DNA from: an uncultured virus (IMG/VR IMGVR_UViG_3300050821_013558)
Lineage: Duplodnaviria; Heunggongvirae; Uroviricota; Caudoviricetes
Reading direction: 5' to 3' (one strand)
DNA length: 64,000 nucleotides
IMG/VR virus record: IMGVR_UViG_3300050821_013558
The position numbers and the translations under genes are program-made. The notes below the pieces were generated by a model that had not been told where the DNA came from, did not search any database, and saw only the letters and a program-made list of their open reading frames with translations. Shown here piece by piece: positions 52,813 through 62,359 of this stretch (the stretch's first letter is position 1; every line of letters starts with the position of its first letter).

Positions 52813-53358
52813 ATGGCAGGTGTTAAGCAAGCAAACCGGCGAACGCTCAAGGTCGATATCAGGGATACCGATTGGGCGCGGCTTGCGGCCTACATCGATG
52901 GTGAGGGATGCGTTAACATCCACACTAACCGTGGGCAAGAGGCGCTCGGAAAGTCAAGGAATCATTCTCTTAAGATTCATGTCACCAACACGGATCCACG
53001 CTTGCCAGTTTGGATTTTTGAGACGTTTGGTGTTGGTAAGTGCCGTCAGAAACAAAAATCTCCGAGCATCGTCGCTTATATGGGCACGGGGAAGAAGTGG
53101 CGGCAAGTTCATATTTGGCAGGTAGAGGCTAAACTCGCCGCGCAAATCCTTGAAGGCTGTATGCCGTTCTTCGTCATCAAACGCGAACAGGCTGAAATTG
53201 CCATTGCATTTCAGAAGACCAAGACCTATCACAACGGCGGAGGCAAACGGGGAACTCGTATCCCAGTCAATGTAATTCAAATGCGCGAGCAGATGGCGCA
53301 TGAGGTTCGCCAACTTAAGCACGTCAACTATGAAATCAAGGAGGCCGTAAATGGCTAA
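52813..53358 (+). CDS. Free-standing single-motif LAGLIDADG endonuclease
   Basis: WARLAAYIDGEGCV, VTNTD, PFFVIKREQA. Confidence 0.88.
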   Translation: MAGVKQANRRTLKVDIRDTDWARLAAYIDGEGCVNIHTNRGQEALGKSRNHSLKIHVTNTDPRLPVWIFETFGVGKCRQKQKSPSIVAYMGTGKKWRQVHIWQVEAKLAAQILEGCMPFFVIKREQAEIAIAFQKTKTYHNGGGKRGTRIPVNVIQMREQMAHEVRQLKHVNYEIKEAVNG

Positions 53359-53536
53359 AATCAAGGAATCGATGGGGAATACGTTCAACTCCGAAATTTT
53401 GAAATCCCCCCTCACGGTCGGTCGCGTAGGCAACGAGCCCGGTCCTGACGTGAACAACAATCCGGTTGCGATGCCCAAGGATCCTCTTGGCCTCATCCCC
53501 GAAGGCGGCGACAAGCCTCACTGGTCTGACAAGTAA
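53351..53536 (+). CDS. Small head-module protein
   Basis: AAGGAGG SD. Confidence 0.65.
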   Translation: MAKIKESMGNTFNSEILKSPLTVGRVGNEPGPDVNNNPVAMPKDPLGLIPEGGDKPHWSDK

Positions 53537-53560
53537 GCATCGAACGAGGATTTGATCTAA

Positions 53561-54064
53561 ATGGCAGCAGGGAATCCAGCCTTGGCGCAGATGATGGCGC
53601 GGCAACTGATCGGGAAACTCGCAGGAGGAGCGCCTAACGGCGGCCCTCCCGCTGGCCCCGGCGGTCCGATGCCTCCTCCGCCTGGGATGACAGGTCAGGG
53701 TGGTTCTGGTGGCCCAAGTGCGGGCGGAACGGGAGCCCCCGGCTCCCCGCCCCCTACAACTCCTGCTGGCCTTCAGCTTTCTCAGCAACTGGCCGAGCTT
53801 CAGGGCGCCGATCCTGACGCCATGATCAAGTCTTTAACTTCGATGAAGTCGATGGCTGTTCAGCAGTACACGCGCGCCGCCTTCACCATGCCCGGCGTCA
53901 CGCGTAATCTCGCTCAGGTCGTCAAGTATCTCGATAACTGTATCCAGGAAGCGGAGAAGGCAGCGGCCACCACGGCTGCGGCTGGTCCGATCACCAACAA
54001 CGCAGCCATCCCCAATCCTGCTGGCCAGAATGCGCCGGTCAACGGAATGGGATCACAACAATAG
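53561..54064 (+). CDS. Gly/Pro-rich head-module protein
   Basis: GAGG SD; between portal and scaffold. Confidence 0.65.
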   Translation: MAAGNPALAQMMARQLIGKLAGGAPNGGPPAGPGGPMPPPPGMTGQGGSGGPSAGGTGAPGSPPPTTPAGLQLSQQLAELQGADPDAMIKSLTSMKSMAVQQYTRAAFTMPGVTRNLAQVVKYLDNCIQEAEKAAATTAAAGPITNNAAIPNPAGQNAPVNGMGSQQ

Positions 54065-54080
54065 AAGGAGACCTACCCCC

Positions 54081-55061
54081 ATGGCTCTAAATGACATTCT
54101 CAAGAACGGCAAATATCCTGACGACATGGTGCTGAACCTGCCCGACGGGACTACGGTCAATGTTGGAGAAATCCGCGCTCTTCCTGTCGCTGAGCGCCAG
54201 GCTCTGACGGCGCAGATCGAGCAGCGCCAGAACACTCTCGGCCAGGCCGAGCTTGCCTTCGCAGCCAAGTTTCAGGATGCGGTCAAGGCCGGCTGGATCG
54301 CGCAGGACGGCAGAATCGTTCCGCCGACGCAGCAGACGACTCAGCAAACCACGCAACAGACTACGACGGCCGATCTCCGTCGCGCTGCCGCTGCCGAATA
54401 TGGTCTTGACGAGAACGACCCCTTGCTTGGCCCGGTGGTCAAGGAAATGAAGGCTCAGTTAGCTGAGCGCGACAAGACTTTGAATGAGCTTCGCACGAAG
54501 CTCGACGCGCTGCCGGCTCAGTTCGATTCGCTCAAATCCACCCTCACTGATTCGCTTGGCAAGGTGACCGGTGTGGTCAACACCTCGGTTGGCCGCTATT
54601 TGAACGACACGTATCAGCAGCAATTTGCCGCGGCAACCAAGGATTTGCCCAAGGACGTCAAGGTCGATTACGAGGCGGCTTACAAATATGCTTCCGACCA
54701 TGGCCTCAAGGACAAGGACGGGTTTCTTCAGATCCCCGATGCGGTGGACCGGCTGACCTGGAATGATCGTAAGAAAGCTGAACTGGACGCGGCCAAGGCT
54801 GATCTGATCGCCAAGACCACGAAGGATCTCGAGGAGAAGAATCGCGTTTCCACCCTTACTCCTCCGTCGCGCAATCCGCTTACGCAGACGGCCAAGCCCA
54901 AGGAAGGTGAATTCATTCCCTACAACGAGCGCACCGATTCCAAGGGGAACAAGGTCCGTGCCGTCAAGTCTTTCGAGGAAGCGATGTCGGAAGCGATGTC
55001 GGATGAAGATGTTCTGAAATCGGCGCTCTCGACGGCCAGTTTCGGTGGCGGAGTTCAGTAA
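54081..55061 (+). CDS. Putative scaffolding protein
   Basis: Helical/coiled-coil ORF directly upstream of capsid gene; AAGGAG SD. Confidence 0.65.
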   Translation: MALNDILKNGKYPDDMVLNLPDGTTVNVGEIRALPVAERQALTAQIEQRQNTLGQAELAFAAKFQDAVKAGWIAQDGRIVPPTQQTTQQTTQQTTTADLRRAAAAEYGLDENDPLLGPVVKEMKAQLAERDKTLNELRTKLDALPAQFDSLKSTLTDSLGKVTGVVNTSVGRYLNDTYQQQFAAATKDLPKDVKVDYEAAYKYASDHGLKDKDGFLQIPDAVDRLTWNDRKKAELDAAKADLIAKTTKDLEEKNRVSTLTPPSRNPLTQTAKPKEGEFIPYNERTDSKGNKVRAVKSFEEAMSEAMSDEDVLKSALSTASFGGGVQ

Positions 55062-55162
55062 GCAAGTTTTGGTGGGGCCGAGAATTATCTCAGCTTCATT
55101 CTTTTAACCTTTAACCCGTCCGGCGATCCTCCCCCTTTTCGCTTGGACCAGGAGCAGCCATC

Positions 55163-56149
55163 ATGGCCAATAGCGTGGTTGGACTGGGACTTGCATCGCC
55201 ACCGGTTCAGTTGAGTAACACCGTCAACGCGATTTCCCAGAAATTTATCGTCCCTGTCCTCGGCGACAACGTGTTCAAGCCCTCCCCTGTTTTCTGGGCT
55301 CTCACCCGAGAGGGCAAACGGTTTGGCGCCGGCGAACTGATCTTCCCGGAAATCTACCAGGAAGAGCTTCCCGGCGGCGCGTACTACGGCGACCAGTTGC
55401 TCGATACCTCGGTCGTCGATTCCGTGCAGCCGGCGAACCAGCAGTGGAAGCCGTACCGCCAGCCTGTCGTGATTCCGATCACCGACATCATTTTGAACCG
55501 CGGCGGCTCGAACAACCTGGACATCATCCGGGCGAAATTCCAGACCGCATCCGGCAGCTTCCTGCAGAAGCTCTCGCGCGCCTTGTGGCACACCTCGCCG
55601 CAGAACACCTCGCTTGACGTGGACGATCTCAACTCGTGGGTCGTGTCGACCACGAATACGATCGCGGGCATTAATCGTGCGTCCTCGGCGAATGCCTGGT
55701 GGCTGGCCGCGACCGCTGTGGCCGGCGGTTCCGCTGCGTTGTCTTCGGCGACTGCCGAGCCTGGATACCAGTCCGTCACCTGGGGCTATGACGAGCCCGA
55801 TCTGTTCGTAATGAACCGGACATCGTATGCGGCGTTCAAGAATCAGTTTGTCGCCAACATCCGATTTGGCCAGGGAATGCAGGATGACGAAGCCTTGCAG
55901 GTTGGCTTCCGCAATCACTTCCTGTTCAACAACGCGGTGACGGTTGCCGATTACTTCGCGACCGCGAATCAGGCTCTGCTGTTGAACTCGAAGTACATTT
56001 TCCCGGTCTTCCATGAGGCGGATTACTTCAACGTGGATCCGTTCCTGAAGCCGTCGAACCAGCGTGTTCTCGTGTCGTGCATGTATCTGACCTGGAATCT
56101 GAGTTGCATCTCGCCCAGGATGAACGTGCCGTTCACAGCGATCACCTAA
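55163..56149 (+). CDS. Major capsid protein
   Basis: 328 aa, strongly C-biased third positions, DNVFK.SP, YYGD..L, IAGINR...WW, LLNSKY; position. Confidence 0.8.
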   Translation: MANSVVGLGLASPPVQLSNTVNAISQKFIVPVLGDNVFKPSPVFWALTREGKRFGAGELIFPEIYQEELPGGAYYGDQLLDTSVVDSVQPANQQWKPYRQPVVIPITDIILNRGGSNNLDIIRAKFQTASGSFLQKLSRALWHTSPQNTSLDVDDLNSWVVSTTNTIAGINRASSANAWWLAATAVAGGSAALSSATAEPGYQSVTWGYDEPDLFVMNRTSYAAFKNQFVANIRFGQGMQDDEALQVGFRNHFLFNNAVTVADYFATANQALLLNSKYIFPVFHEADYFNVDPFLKPSNQRVLVSCMYLTWNLSCISPRMNVPFTAIT

Positions 56150-56227
56150 CGAGCCAAGGGAGGAGAAGGCAGACCAGGCCTGTGACCCGGATTCAACCTT
56201 CTCCTTCCAACCCCAAGGAGAACTTCC

Positions 56228-56659
56228 ATGGCGCTACCTTTTGCAAATCCAGTTTCGCAATGCATGCCGGGGTTCGGCTCGCCTTCATTCTACGGGGCTG
56301 CGACTCAGACTCCCACCACCACGGCCGCTCTAACCCTTACGATCGGCGCGACGGCCACCACACCTTCAACCGGAGGCACACCGTTCAATCTCAACGGCGG
56401 CCCGGCTCCGACTTCCGGCAAGTGGCATCTGCGCATGGCCGGCGCGACAGGTACTCCGACTCTCGCGCTTCAGGTCACTGTCTCCGATGGCACGAATACA
56501 TGGACTGTTGCGACGATTCCGGCATCTGTAGCCACCAACTATCTTGACTACACAGGTGAATTCAAGACGGATGTGTCGATCACCTCAGTAGCGTTTGTCA
56601 CGACACCCGGCGGCGGAGGGACCAATATTCCGCTGGATGCGGAAGTCTCGCTCGTCTGA
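56228..56659 (+). CDS. Thr-rich beta protein, putative capsid decoration protein
   Basis: Between capsid gene and terminator; AAGGAG SD. Confidence 0.55.
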   Translation: MALPFANPVSQCMPGFGSPSFYGAATQTPTTTAALTLTIGATATTPSTGGTPFNLNGGPAPTSGKWHLRMAGATGTPTLALQVTVSDGTNTWTVATIPASVATNYLDYTGEFKTDVSITSVAFVTTPGGGGTNIPLDAEVSLV

Positions 56660-56694
56660 TCTTTGTTGCCCGTCGCCATAGCCGCTGTCCCATC

Positions 56695-56734
56695 GGCGGA
56701 TGTCCTACTGACCGGGGACATCCGCCTTCTTTTT
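56695..56734 (+). terminator. Intrinsic terminator
   Basis: GGCGGATGTCC-10 nt-GGACATCCGCC-TTCTTTTT. Confidence 0.85.
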
Positions 56735-56748
56735 GTAGGAGGGTTCAA

Positions 56749-57369
56749 TTGGGAATTAAGTGTTTCTGGCTTGAGCCGACTGATCGGGAAAAGCGATATC
56801 TGCGTCGGTACGCAGGAGGTTCAAAATGTCCCGGTCCAATGTCTTATCACGACGCGATGACGTTCCTTGACGAATCGCGTGAAGTGATGAGCGAGGATGG
56901 CACGCATTGGGTCGACAGTGGTCAGATAGCCAAAGATTTTGAGGGTCATCCGCTTTGGCCGACTCACTGTCCCTGCGGGTACGAGTTTCAAGATTCGCCA
57001 GATGAACAACGTCAACTTTTCAGTTCTCACATCTACCGCCGCGCAGATACTGGCGAAGAGATGACTTTGCGCGACGCGCCGGACGGAGCGATGTGGGATG
57101 CGACGTGGCTTCATGGCTGGGCTGCGAACTGTGGCCCAGATGGAAGATCGATTGTTTGCAAGGTCCCCGTTAATCACGATTGGCACATCGATGGCCCTTG
57201 CAGTAACTGCACACGACCTAACGAGCCGCACAAGTGCTGGGTGCGCCATGGCGAGCCGCCGAACTTGACAGTCGATAAGAATGGTGACACTTGCGCTGCG
57301 GGAGCAGGATCAATTCTTACACCGACCTGGCATGGATTTTTACGTAATGGCGAACTGGTTTCTTGTTAA
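56749..57369 (+). CDS. Cys/His-rich protein with DUF6527-like C-terminus
   Basis: W.RHGEPPNLTV...SI....WHGFLRNGEL; GGAGG SD. Confidence 0.55.
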   Translation: MGIKCFWLEPTDREKRYLRRYAGGSKCPGPMSYHDAMTFLDESREVMSEDGTHWVDSGQIAKDFEGHPLWPTHCPCGYEFQDSPDEQRQLFSSHIYRRADTGEEMTLRDAPDGAMWDATWLHGWAANCGPDGRSIVCKVPVNHDWHIDGPCSNCTRPNEPHKCWVRHGEPPNLTVDKNGDTCAAGAGSILTPTWHGFLRNGELVSC

Positions 57370-57384
57370 ATACGGGGGTGTGAT

Positions 57385-58752
57385 TTGAGTCAATGGTCAC
57401 TAGTCGGGGACGCACTTATGGCGCTCCGTGAGCAAGCCGCCGACGTTCCTTCCGCTCTTCCGGCGCCCACTCTTAGCTCCGTCACTCCGTTCCCGACTGG
57501 TTCTCTAGCCGCTTGGTTCACGGTCACCCAACTCACCCCGTGGGGTGAGTCTCCCGCTTCTGCTGAGATCGATGTCACGACCGGCGCGATTGGTGCCACC
57601 TTCACTCTGGTTGGAAGCTGCTCGTTCGCTGCGACTTCGCTGCGCGTCTATTTCACACTCAGCGCGGCGGGTGGTGAGGACCGTTATTCCGAGTATCCGA
57701 TTCCTTCCGGTGGCACAGGCGCGTTCTCTCTTGCGTTCACGCTCTCGAGCACCGGGACGGGGCAGGGAGCCATCACGCCGGGATTCGCGCCGACGCGCTC
57801 TTCGGCCTGGCTGCCCGACACAGATGGGACGGCGCTGAGCGCGGCGGCTCTTTATAGGTGGATCTCGGAAGGCTTGGACGTGATTACTGGGCTTACTGAC
57901 GGTATCCGCGACGTGACCGGCATTCCAAGTACAGCTGGCCAGGCTCAATACCAACTCATTTCCAACTGGCGCAAGATTGACAATCAATGGTTTGACGGCT
58001 GGCCGATGACGATGGGCAACAAATCTGACGTCTTCCGGCACAGTAACGTAGTTGGGATATCCGGGACCGGTGTGCTCAATCAGGACTCTGTAATTCAGCA
58101 GGTTGAGTTTTATCCGCAATCGAGCAGGACTTCGGGAAATGGTGTCTTAAGTGGGAATCTTTCAGCCACGGCGACCGCGATTCCATACACCCCCGGATCT
58201 TCCGGATGGGTACTTGGATTTGGCCTCGCGCTCCTCGGGCCTTATCCAGCCGACCCTTCCGCCTGCGAATTAGTTTATTACTCGGGCAATGTTTCAAACT
58301 CGCTTTCTCCTGTCACGAGGGGTATGGGCGGTACTTTCGCGACCGCATGGCCATCTGGTACTCAAGTCCTTGAGTGCAATCTCTACCTGACCGGCCTGCG
58401 ATATCCAACGCACTATACGCGCGGTCAGGCCAACAATCAGCTTGGCTTGCCTCCCGCATGGATCGATGTGTTGAAGGACTACTTGGCGTCGCGGTTCAAA
58501 GGTGCGGAACAGGATATCGAAGGTCAACAGGCATTGTTGAAACAGGTCGAGAACAAATGTCAGTCGATCAAGGGAAATCGGCAGGTCATGATGCGGAGAC
58601 AGGTGCAGGTGGGCGGTTCTAGTGGCGTCGAAACCGTGGCTGGGACAGGTGGGTACTTCGGGTCAGTGATTCTTCCCCTTTTGTTCGCTTTTTTGGTATT
58701 GAGTCCTACGCTCTTTTCGCCGTTTGCCAGGATTTGTTGCTATGGCAGCTAA
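57385..58752 (+). CDS. Putative head-tail adaptor with inserted beta domains
   Basis: LYRWISEG, GQAQYQL, LPPAW.DVL..YLASRFK..EQD; position. Confidence 0.55.
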   Translation: MSQWSLVGDALMALREQAADVPSALPAPTLSSVTPFPTGSLAAWFTVTQLTPWGESPASAEIDVTTGAIGATFTLVGSCSFAATSLRVYFTLSAAGGEDRYSEYPIPSGGTGAFSLAFTLSSTGTGQGAITPGFAPTRSSAWLPDTDGTALSAAALYRWISEGLDVITGLTDGIRDVTGIPSTAGQAQYQLISNWRKIDNQWFDGWPMTMGNKSDVFRHSNVVGISGTGVLNQDSVIQQVEFYPQSSRTSGNGVLSGNLSATATAIPYTPGSSGWVLGFGLALLGPYPADPSACELVYYSGNVSNSLSPVTRGMGGTFATAWPSGTQVLECNLYLTGLRYPTHYTRGQANNQLGLPPAWIDVLKDYLASRFKGAEQDIEGQQALLKQVENKCQSIKGNRQVMMRRQVQVGGSSGVETVAGTGGYFGSVILPLLFAFLVLSPTLFSPFARICCYGS

Positions 58753-61693
58753 GGTAATCAGCCAAAAAAAGTTCGCTAAGCTCGTAGCCTCCACCGGTGC
58801 TCTCTCCCAGCCGCCCGGTGCGTTGACCCGCCTCTCGAATCTGTTTTTTAGCCAGCGCGGCAGCCTCCAAATCGCCGATGGCTCTCAAGCCATATCGTCT
58901 GCCATCTCTCCTGCATCCTTCATTTCCGCTATCGCTGCGTTCGCCAATCTCCAGGCGGGTCAATTCCCCTACTACGAATTGCTGGCCTACGCTTCCACTC
59001 CGCAGCTTGCCGACGTCACCGGTTTCGCTATTTCCAGTACGTCTGGATCCACTGACAACCCAGCCGGCACATACACATTCGCTATTGCGGCCAATCTTGG
59101 GTCTTTGCACACCAACCCTCACAACTCTTCGATATTTCAAACGCTTGGCGCGTTCGATACGGTTAATTTCTCCTGGACTGCTGTCGCCGGGGCAACCGGG
59201 TACACGGTGTACTACGTTTATCGCCTTCCGTTGTCCCCGCTCCCGAGCTATATCGTTTTGGGCACTTCGGCCGGAACCACGTTTTCATTCACCGGTGCCC
59301 TCCCTCTTTCTCCTGCCGTTATTCCTTCGCCGACTTTCAACAACACTTTCGAACTGCTTTTGTACGTGAGCACTACGCTCGCCACGGCACCGCCCCAGGT
59401 GACTTTCAGCGAAGTGACTGCCGGGGCGTTCCCATTTGCTCCGCCTCAGCCAGCTACCCTGGCGCCCGGATCGGTGGGGTTCAGTGCCACTCCCGGTATC
59501 CCAGGGTTCTCGCCCTACGGCGGAATCTATGGCGTCGCCGGGCCGCTTCCACAAATTGTTCAGTTTGCCGGTGAGTCCATTCTGATCCTCGGTAACGGTT
59601 ACGCTCCGCAGCAAGTCGATCCTTCGCTTGGGGCTATCGCACCCGTCACCCCTCTTCGAAACACGTTTCAAGCTGCCTATCCAACTTGGCAAACAGGGGT
59701 CGACTGGATCACCGGATCGCAATTGGCGGTGCTCAGTGCAGGGATCAACTACCTGTTTACCGCTACTCAGGGAGGCGTCTCCGGAACGAGTACGCCGTCG
59801 TGGAATTTTACGACCGGCTCTGAGACTTCGGATGGGAGCGCGGTGTGGACCTGTAACGGTCCTATCGTCGTGTCGGTTGCCCCTATCGGCGCTGCTCATG
59901 CGGTTGCTTACGCCGGTTCTCTCTGGCTGGCCAACACTCACCCTACGACCACCACATATCCTTCATGGATTCCAACCAACACTTACGTTGCCGGTCAGCA
60001 GATCGTTGTGGTGGATGGCTCTGGAAATCAGTGGCTGTTCCAGGTGCAGACCGGAGGTGTCTCAGGCTCGAGCGCGCCATCATGGGTTTTTACTATCGGC
60101 AGCACTACCGCCGACGGCACAGTAGTCTGGCTGTGCGTTCTGGAATTTCAAAATGCATCCGGAACTCAGACCCACACATCCGGATCGCAGACAACCAACG
60201 GTTCCGGAAACTGGAGTTTTGTCGGCACCCAATGGAGATCCAACTTCAATCCCGGTTCGTCTGCGCTCGCGAACCTGGTGTTCAAGGGCTTTGGATTCTC
60301 CATACCATCCGGCGCTACGATCCTGGGAGTGATAGTCACTGCCAGTTTGACTTCGCAGTCCACCACAACGGGAACTCTGTCCCAAGTCGCTTTGTACTAT
60401 ACAAACGCTGTACTCGGCACGATAAAAACTCCGGGTACGGCTTTCACGACGACAATAACGCCGGAGTCTTACGGCAGCTCAAGCGACTTGTGGGGGGCGT
60501 CACTTACTCCCGCCATTGTCAACGATCCGAGTTTTGGATTCGCAATGGCTGCGACCTGCGATTCCATCCGTGTGTTTATCGGTCAGCCCTTCCAGGTGAC
60601 TGTCTTCTATACAACGACGACATCGGGATCGGGCGCGCTGGCCGCCGGGATCGATGGACCGACCTGCCTCAAGATGTCCGATTCCAACAATCCAAACTCA
60701 TGGAACCCGGTCAACACCGCTTTCATCGGCCGGGACGACGGGACGCAGATTACCGGACTGCAGCCGTTCACGATCGCCGCGCTAGGCATATCTCCTACCG
60801 GGTCTCTGTGTGTGTTCAAGGAATTCACCACTTATCAGGTTATCGGCGTGTTTGGCTCCAGTTCGTTCGAGATCCAGCCGGCGCAGACGAATCTCGGCTG
60901 CATCGCTGCGCGGTCGATTCAATTCTTGCCCGGCTTCGGCGTCGCTCGATTCTCGCATTTGGGGTTTGCAATATTCGACGGCATCAACGACCGGCTTATT
61001 TCAGAGGATATTCGGCCTTATCTGTTTGGCGGGGTGGACTCGGAATCCGATATCACCTCTGTTGATCCATCTTTTCTCTACCTCGCACAATCGGGTCAGA
61101 CCACTCAGCCGCCGATGTACATGTGTGCGATGCCCTTGTTGGGGTCTGCCGGTCAGTTAACCCGCCTGTTCGTCTACGACCTGGTAATGAAGGCGTGGAC
61201 TGTGCTCGATCTTCCCTGGCCCATCACCGCGCTCTCGGCTGTGGCGGTTGGCGAAGGGTATCCGCTGGTTCTCGCCGGGAAGACCGACGGAACAGTACAG
61301 CGGCTGCAGGCAGGCGATTTGAACTGGGATCAGGGCGCGAGCGATCAGTCCGCAGTGAACTGGTCGTTTAGAAGCCCGGATGTGTTCGGCGAGGGCTCAA
61401 GCCAGCGTCTCTTTTTCCAGCAGGCTGTCATCCGCGGCTACGGAAACGCAGCCATGGTCAAATCGATTGTTGCAAACCTGTGGCTGGACGGAAAGAATGT
61501 AGGTGCGCAGGCTATCGACATTGTGCCGATGGGCGGGGCCAATCTGTTCGAAGTCAATATCAAAATCTGGATAAATGGCGAGAGAGCACACCTGGATATC
61601 TCGGGGAACAACGGTGGTGCCCCCGGTGTGATCGATGCCGTGGATTGGTCGATTGTGCCTAAGTCTTCCCAGGCGCGGAGGATCATTGGATGA
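58742..61693 (+). CDS. Podovirus nozzle/stabilisation protein (P22 gp10/T7 gp12-like) with inserted carbohydrate-binding-like repeats
   Basis: AYAGSLWLA, SD..NP.SW, DDG.QITGL, LCVFKE, GCIAARSI, FVYDL..KAW propeller-type motifs. Confidence 0.7.
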   Translation: MAAKVISQKKFAKLVASTGALSQPPGALTRLSNLFFSQRGSLQIADGSQAISSAISPASFISAIAAFANLQAGQFPYYELLAYASTPQLADVTGFAISSTSGSTDNPAGTYTFAIAANLGSLHTNPHNSSIFQTLGAFDTVNFSWTAVAGATGYTVYYVYRLPLSPLPSYIVLGTSAGTTFSFTGALPLSPAVIPSPTFNNTFELLLYVSTTLATAPPQVTFSEVTAGAFPFAPPQPATLAPGSVGFSATPGIPGFSPYGGIYGVAGPLPQIVQFAGESILILGNGYAPQQVDPSLGAIAPVTPLRNTFQAAYPTWQTGVDWITGSQLAVLSAGINYLFTATQGGVSGTSTPSWNFTTGSETSDGSAVWTCNGPIVVSVAPIGAAHAVAYAGSLWLANTHPTTTTYPSWIPTNTYVAGQQIVVVDGSGNQWLFQVQTGGVSGSSAPSWVFTIGSTTADGTVVWLCVLEFQNASGTQTHTSGSQTTNGSGNWSFVGTQWRSNFNPGSSALANLVFKGFGFSIPSGATILGVIVTASLTSQSTTTGTLSQVALYYTNAVLGTIKTPGTAFTTTITPESYGSSSDLWGASLTPAIVNDPSFGFAMAATCDSIRVFIGQPFQVTVFYTTTTSGSGALAAGIDGPTCLKMSDSNNPNSWNPVNTAFIGRDDGTQITGLQPFTIAALGISPTGSLCVFKEFTTYQVIGVFGSSSFEIQPAQTNLGCIAARSIQFLPGFGVARFSHLGFAIFDGINDRLISEDIRPYLFGGVDSESDITSVDPSFLYLAQSGQTTQPPMYMCAMPLLGSAGQLTRLFVYDLVMKAWTVLDLPWPITALSAVAVGEGYPLVLAGKTDGTVQRLQAGDLNWDQGASDQSAVNWSFRSPDVFGEGSSQRLFFQQAVIRGYGNAAMVKSIVANLWLDGKNVGAQAIDIVPMGGANLFEVNIKIWINGERAHLDISGNNGGAPGVIDAVDWSIVPKSSQARRIIG

Positions 61694-61828
61694 TTTGGCT
61701 TGTGTTATGGCAAGTTTCGAGTCTTTCGCCTCTTCCCTCTTCCCTCCCGCTAAACTTATCCTCAGAAGCCACCCCCAGGTTTCATTGCAGACGTGCGTGC
61801 TGGCACGCTGGTGCGAGGAAGGAGCGCG

Positions 61829-62359
61829 ATGACTGTCATAAATGAGCATCTTGATGTTGCCGTTCCCGTCATTGCGTCCGAAGTTGAGGTTCAGCCCGTT
61901 TCTTTCAGGGCGATCCTCGACGATCCTGCTGCTCCCGCTCTTCTTCGGGCTTATGCCGAAGAGTGCCTGGTTCCCGACGCCGAGCCTCAAATTGCGATCT
62001 ACGAATCCATGGAGAAAGCGAATGTTATCCAGTGTTTTGCAGCGTATTACGACCGACCCGGAACTCCGCTTTTAATTGGATTCGTTTCAATTTTGCGCAC
62101 TATCGTCCCGCACGACGGTCATCATATTGCTGCGATCGAGTCTCTGTTCGTCGATCCTGCTTATCGCTCGACTGGCGCTTTTCTTATGCTCGCTGCTGCG
62201 GCCGAGCAATTTGCAACCGTTTCCGGATGCAGGTGTCTTCTTGCGTCAGCTCGCATCGGCAGCGCGCTCGATGTGGTTCTTTCGCGTCGTACCGGCTACG
62301 AAAAAACTCACAATCAGCATACCCACTGGCTGAACGGTTTCAAGGGAGGCCGGGCATGA
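61829..62359 (+). CDS. GNAT acetyltransferase
   Basis: ESLFVDPAYRSTGA..L..AAEQFA...GC. Confidence 0.8.
   Translation: MTVINEHLDVAVPVIASEVEVQPVSFRAILDDPAAPALLRAYAEECLVPDAEPQIAIYESMEKANVIQCFAAYYDRPGTPLLIGFVSILRTIVPHDGHHIAAIESLFVDPAYRSTGAFLMLAAAAEQFATVSGCRCLLASARIGSALDVVLSRRTGYEKTHNQHTHWLNGFKGGRA

Noticed and set aside
52420..53540. Group I intron around the LAGLIDADG ORF
   Set aside because: Hairpins are present, but I could not find paired P7 (R/S) core elements or a split exon, and the ORF is coupled to genes on both sides; an Infernal scan would settle it
55085..56014. 309-aa antisense ORF over the capsid gene, and similar long antisense ORFs (5675..6448, 14675..15466, 36689..37555)
   Set aside because: Expected shadows of GC-biased coding sequence
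59965..61065. 366-aa alternative-frame ORF in the nozzle gene
   Set aside because: Arg/His-rich shadow of codon bias, with no SD or recognisable motif
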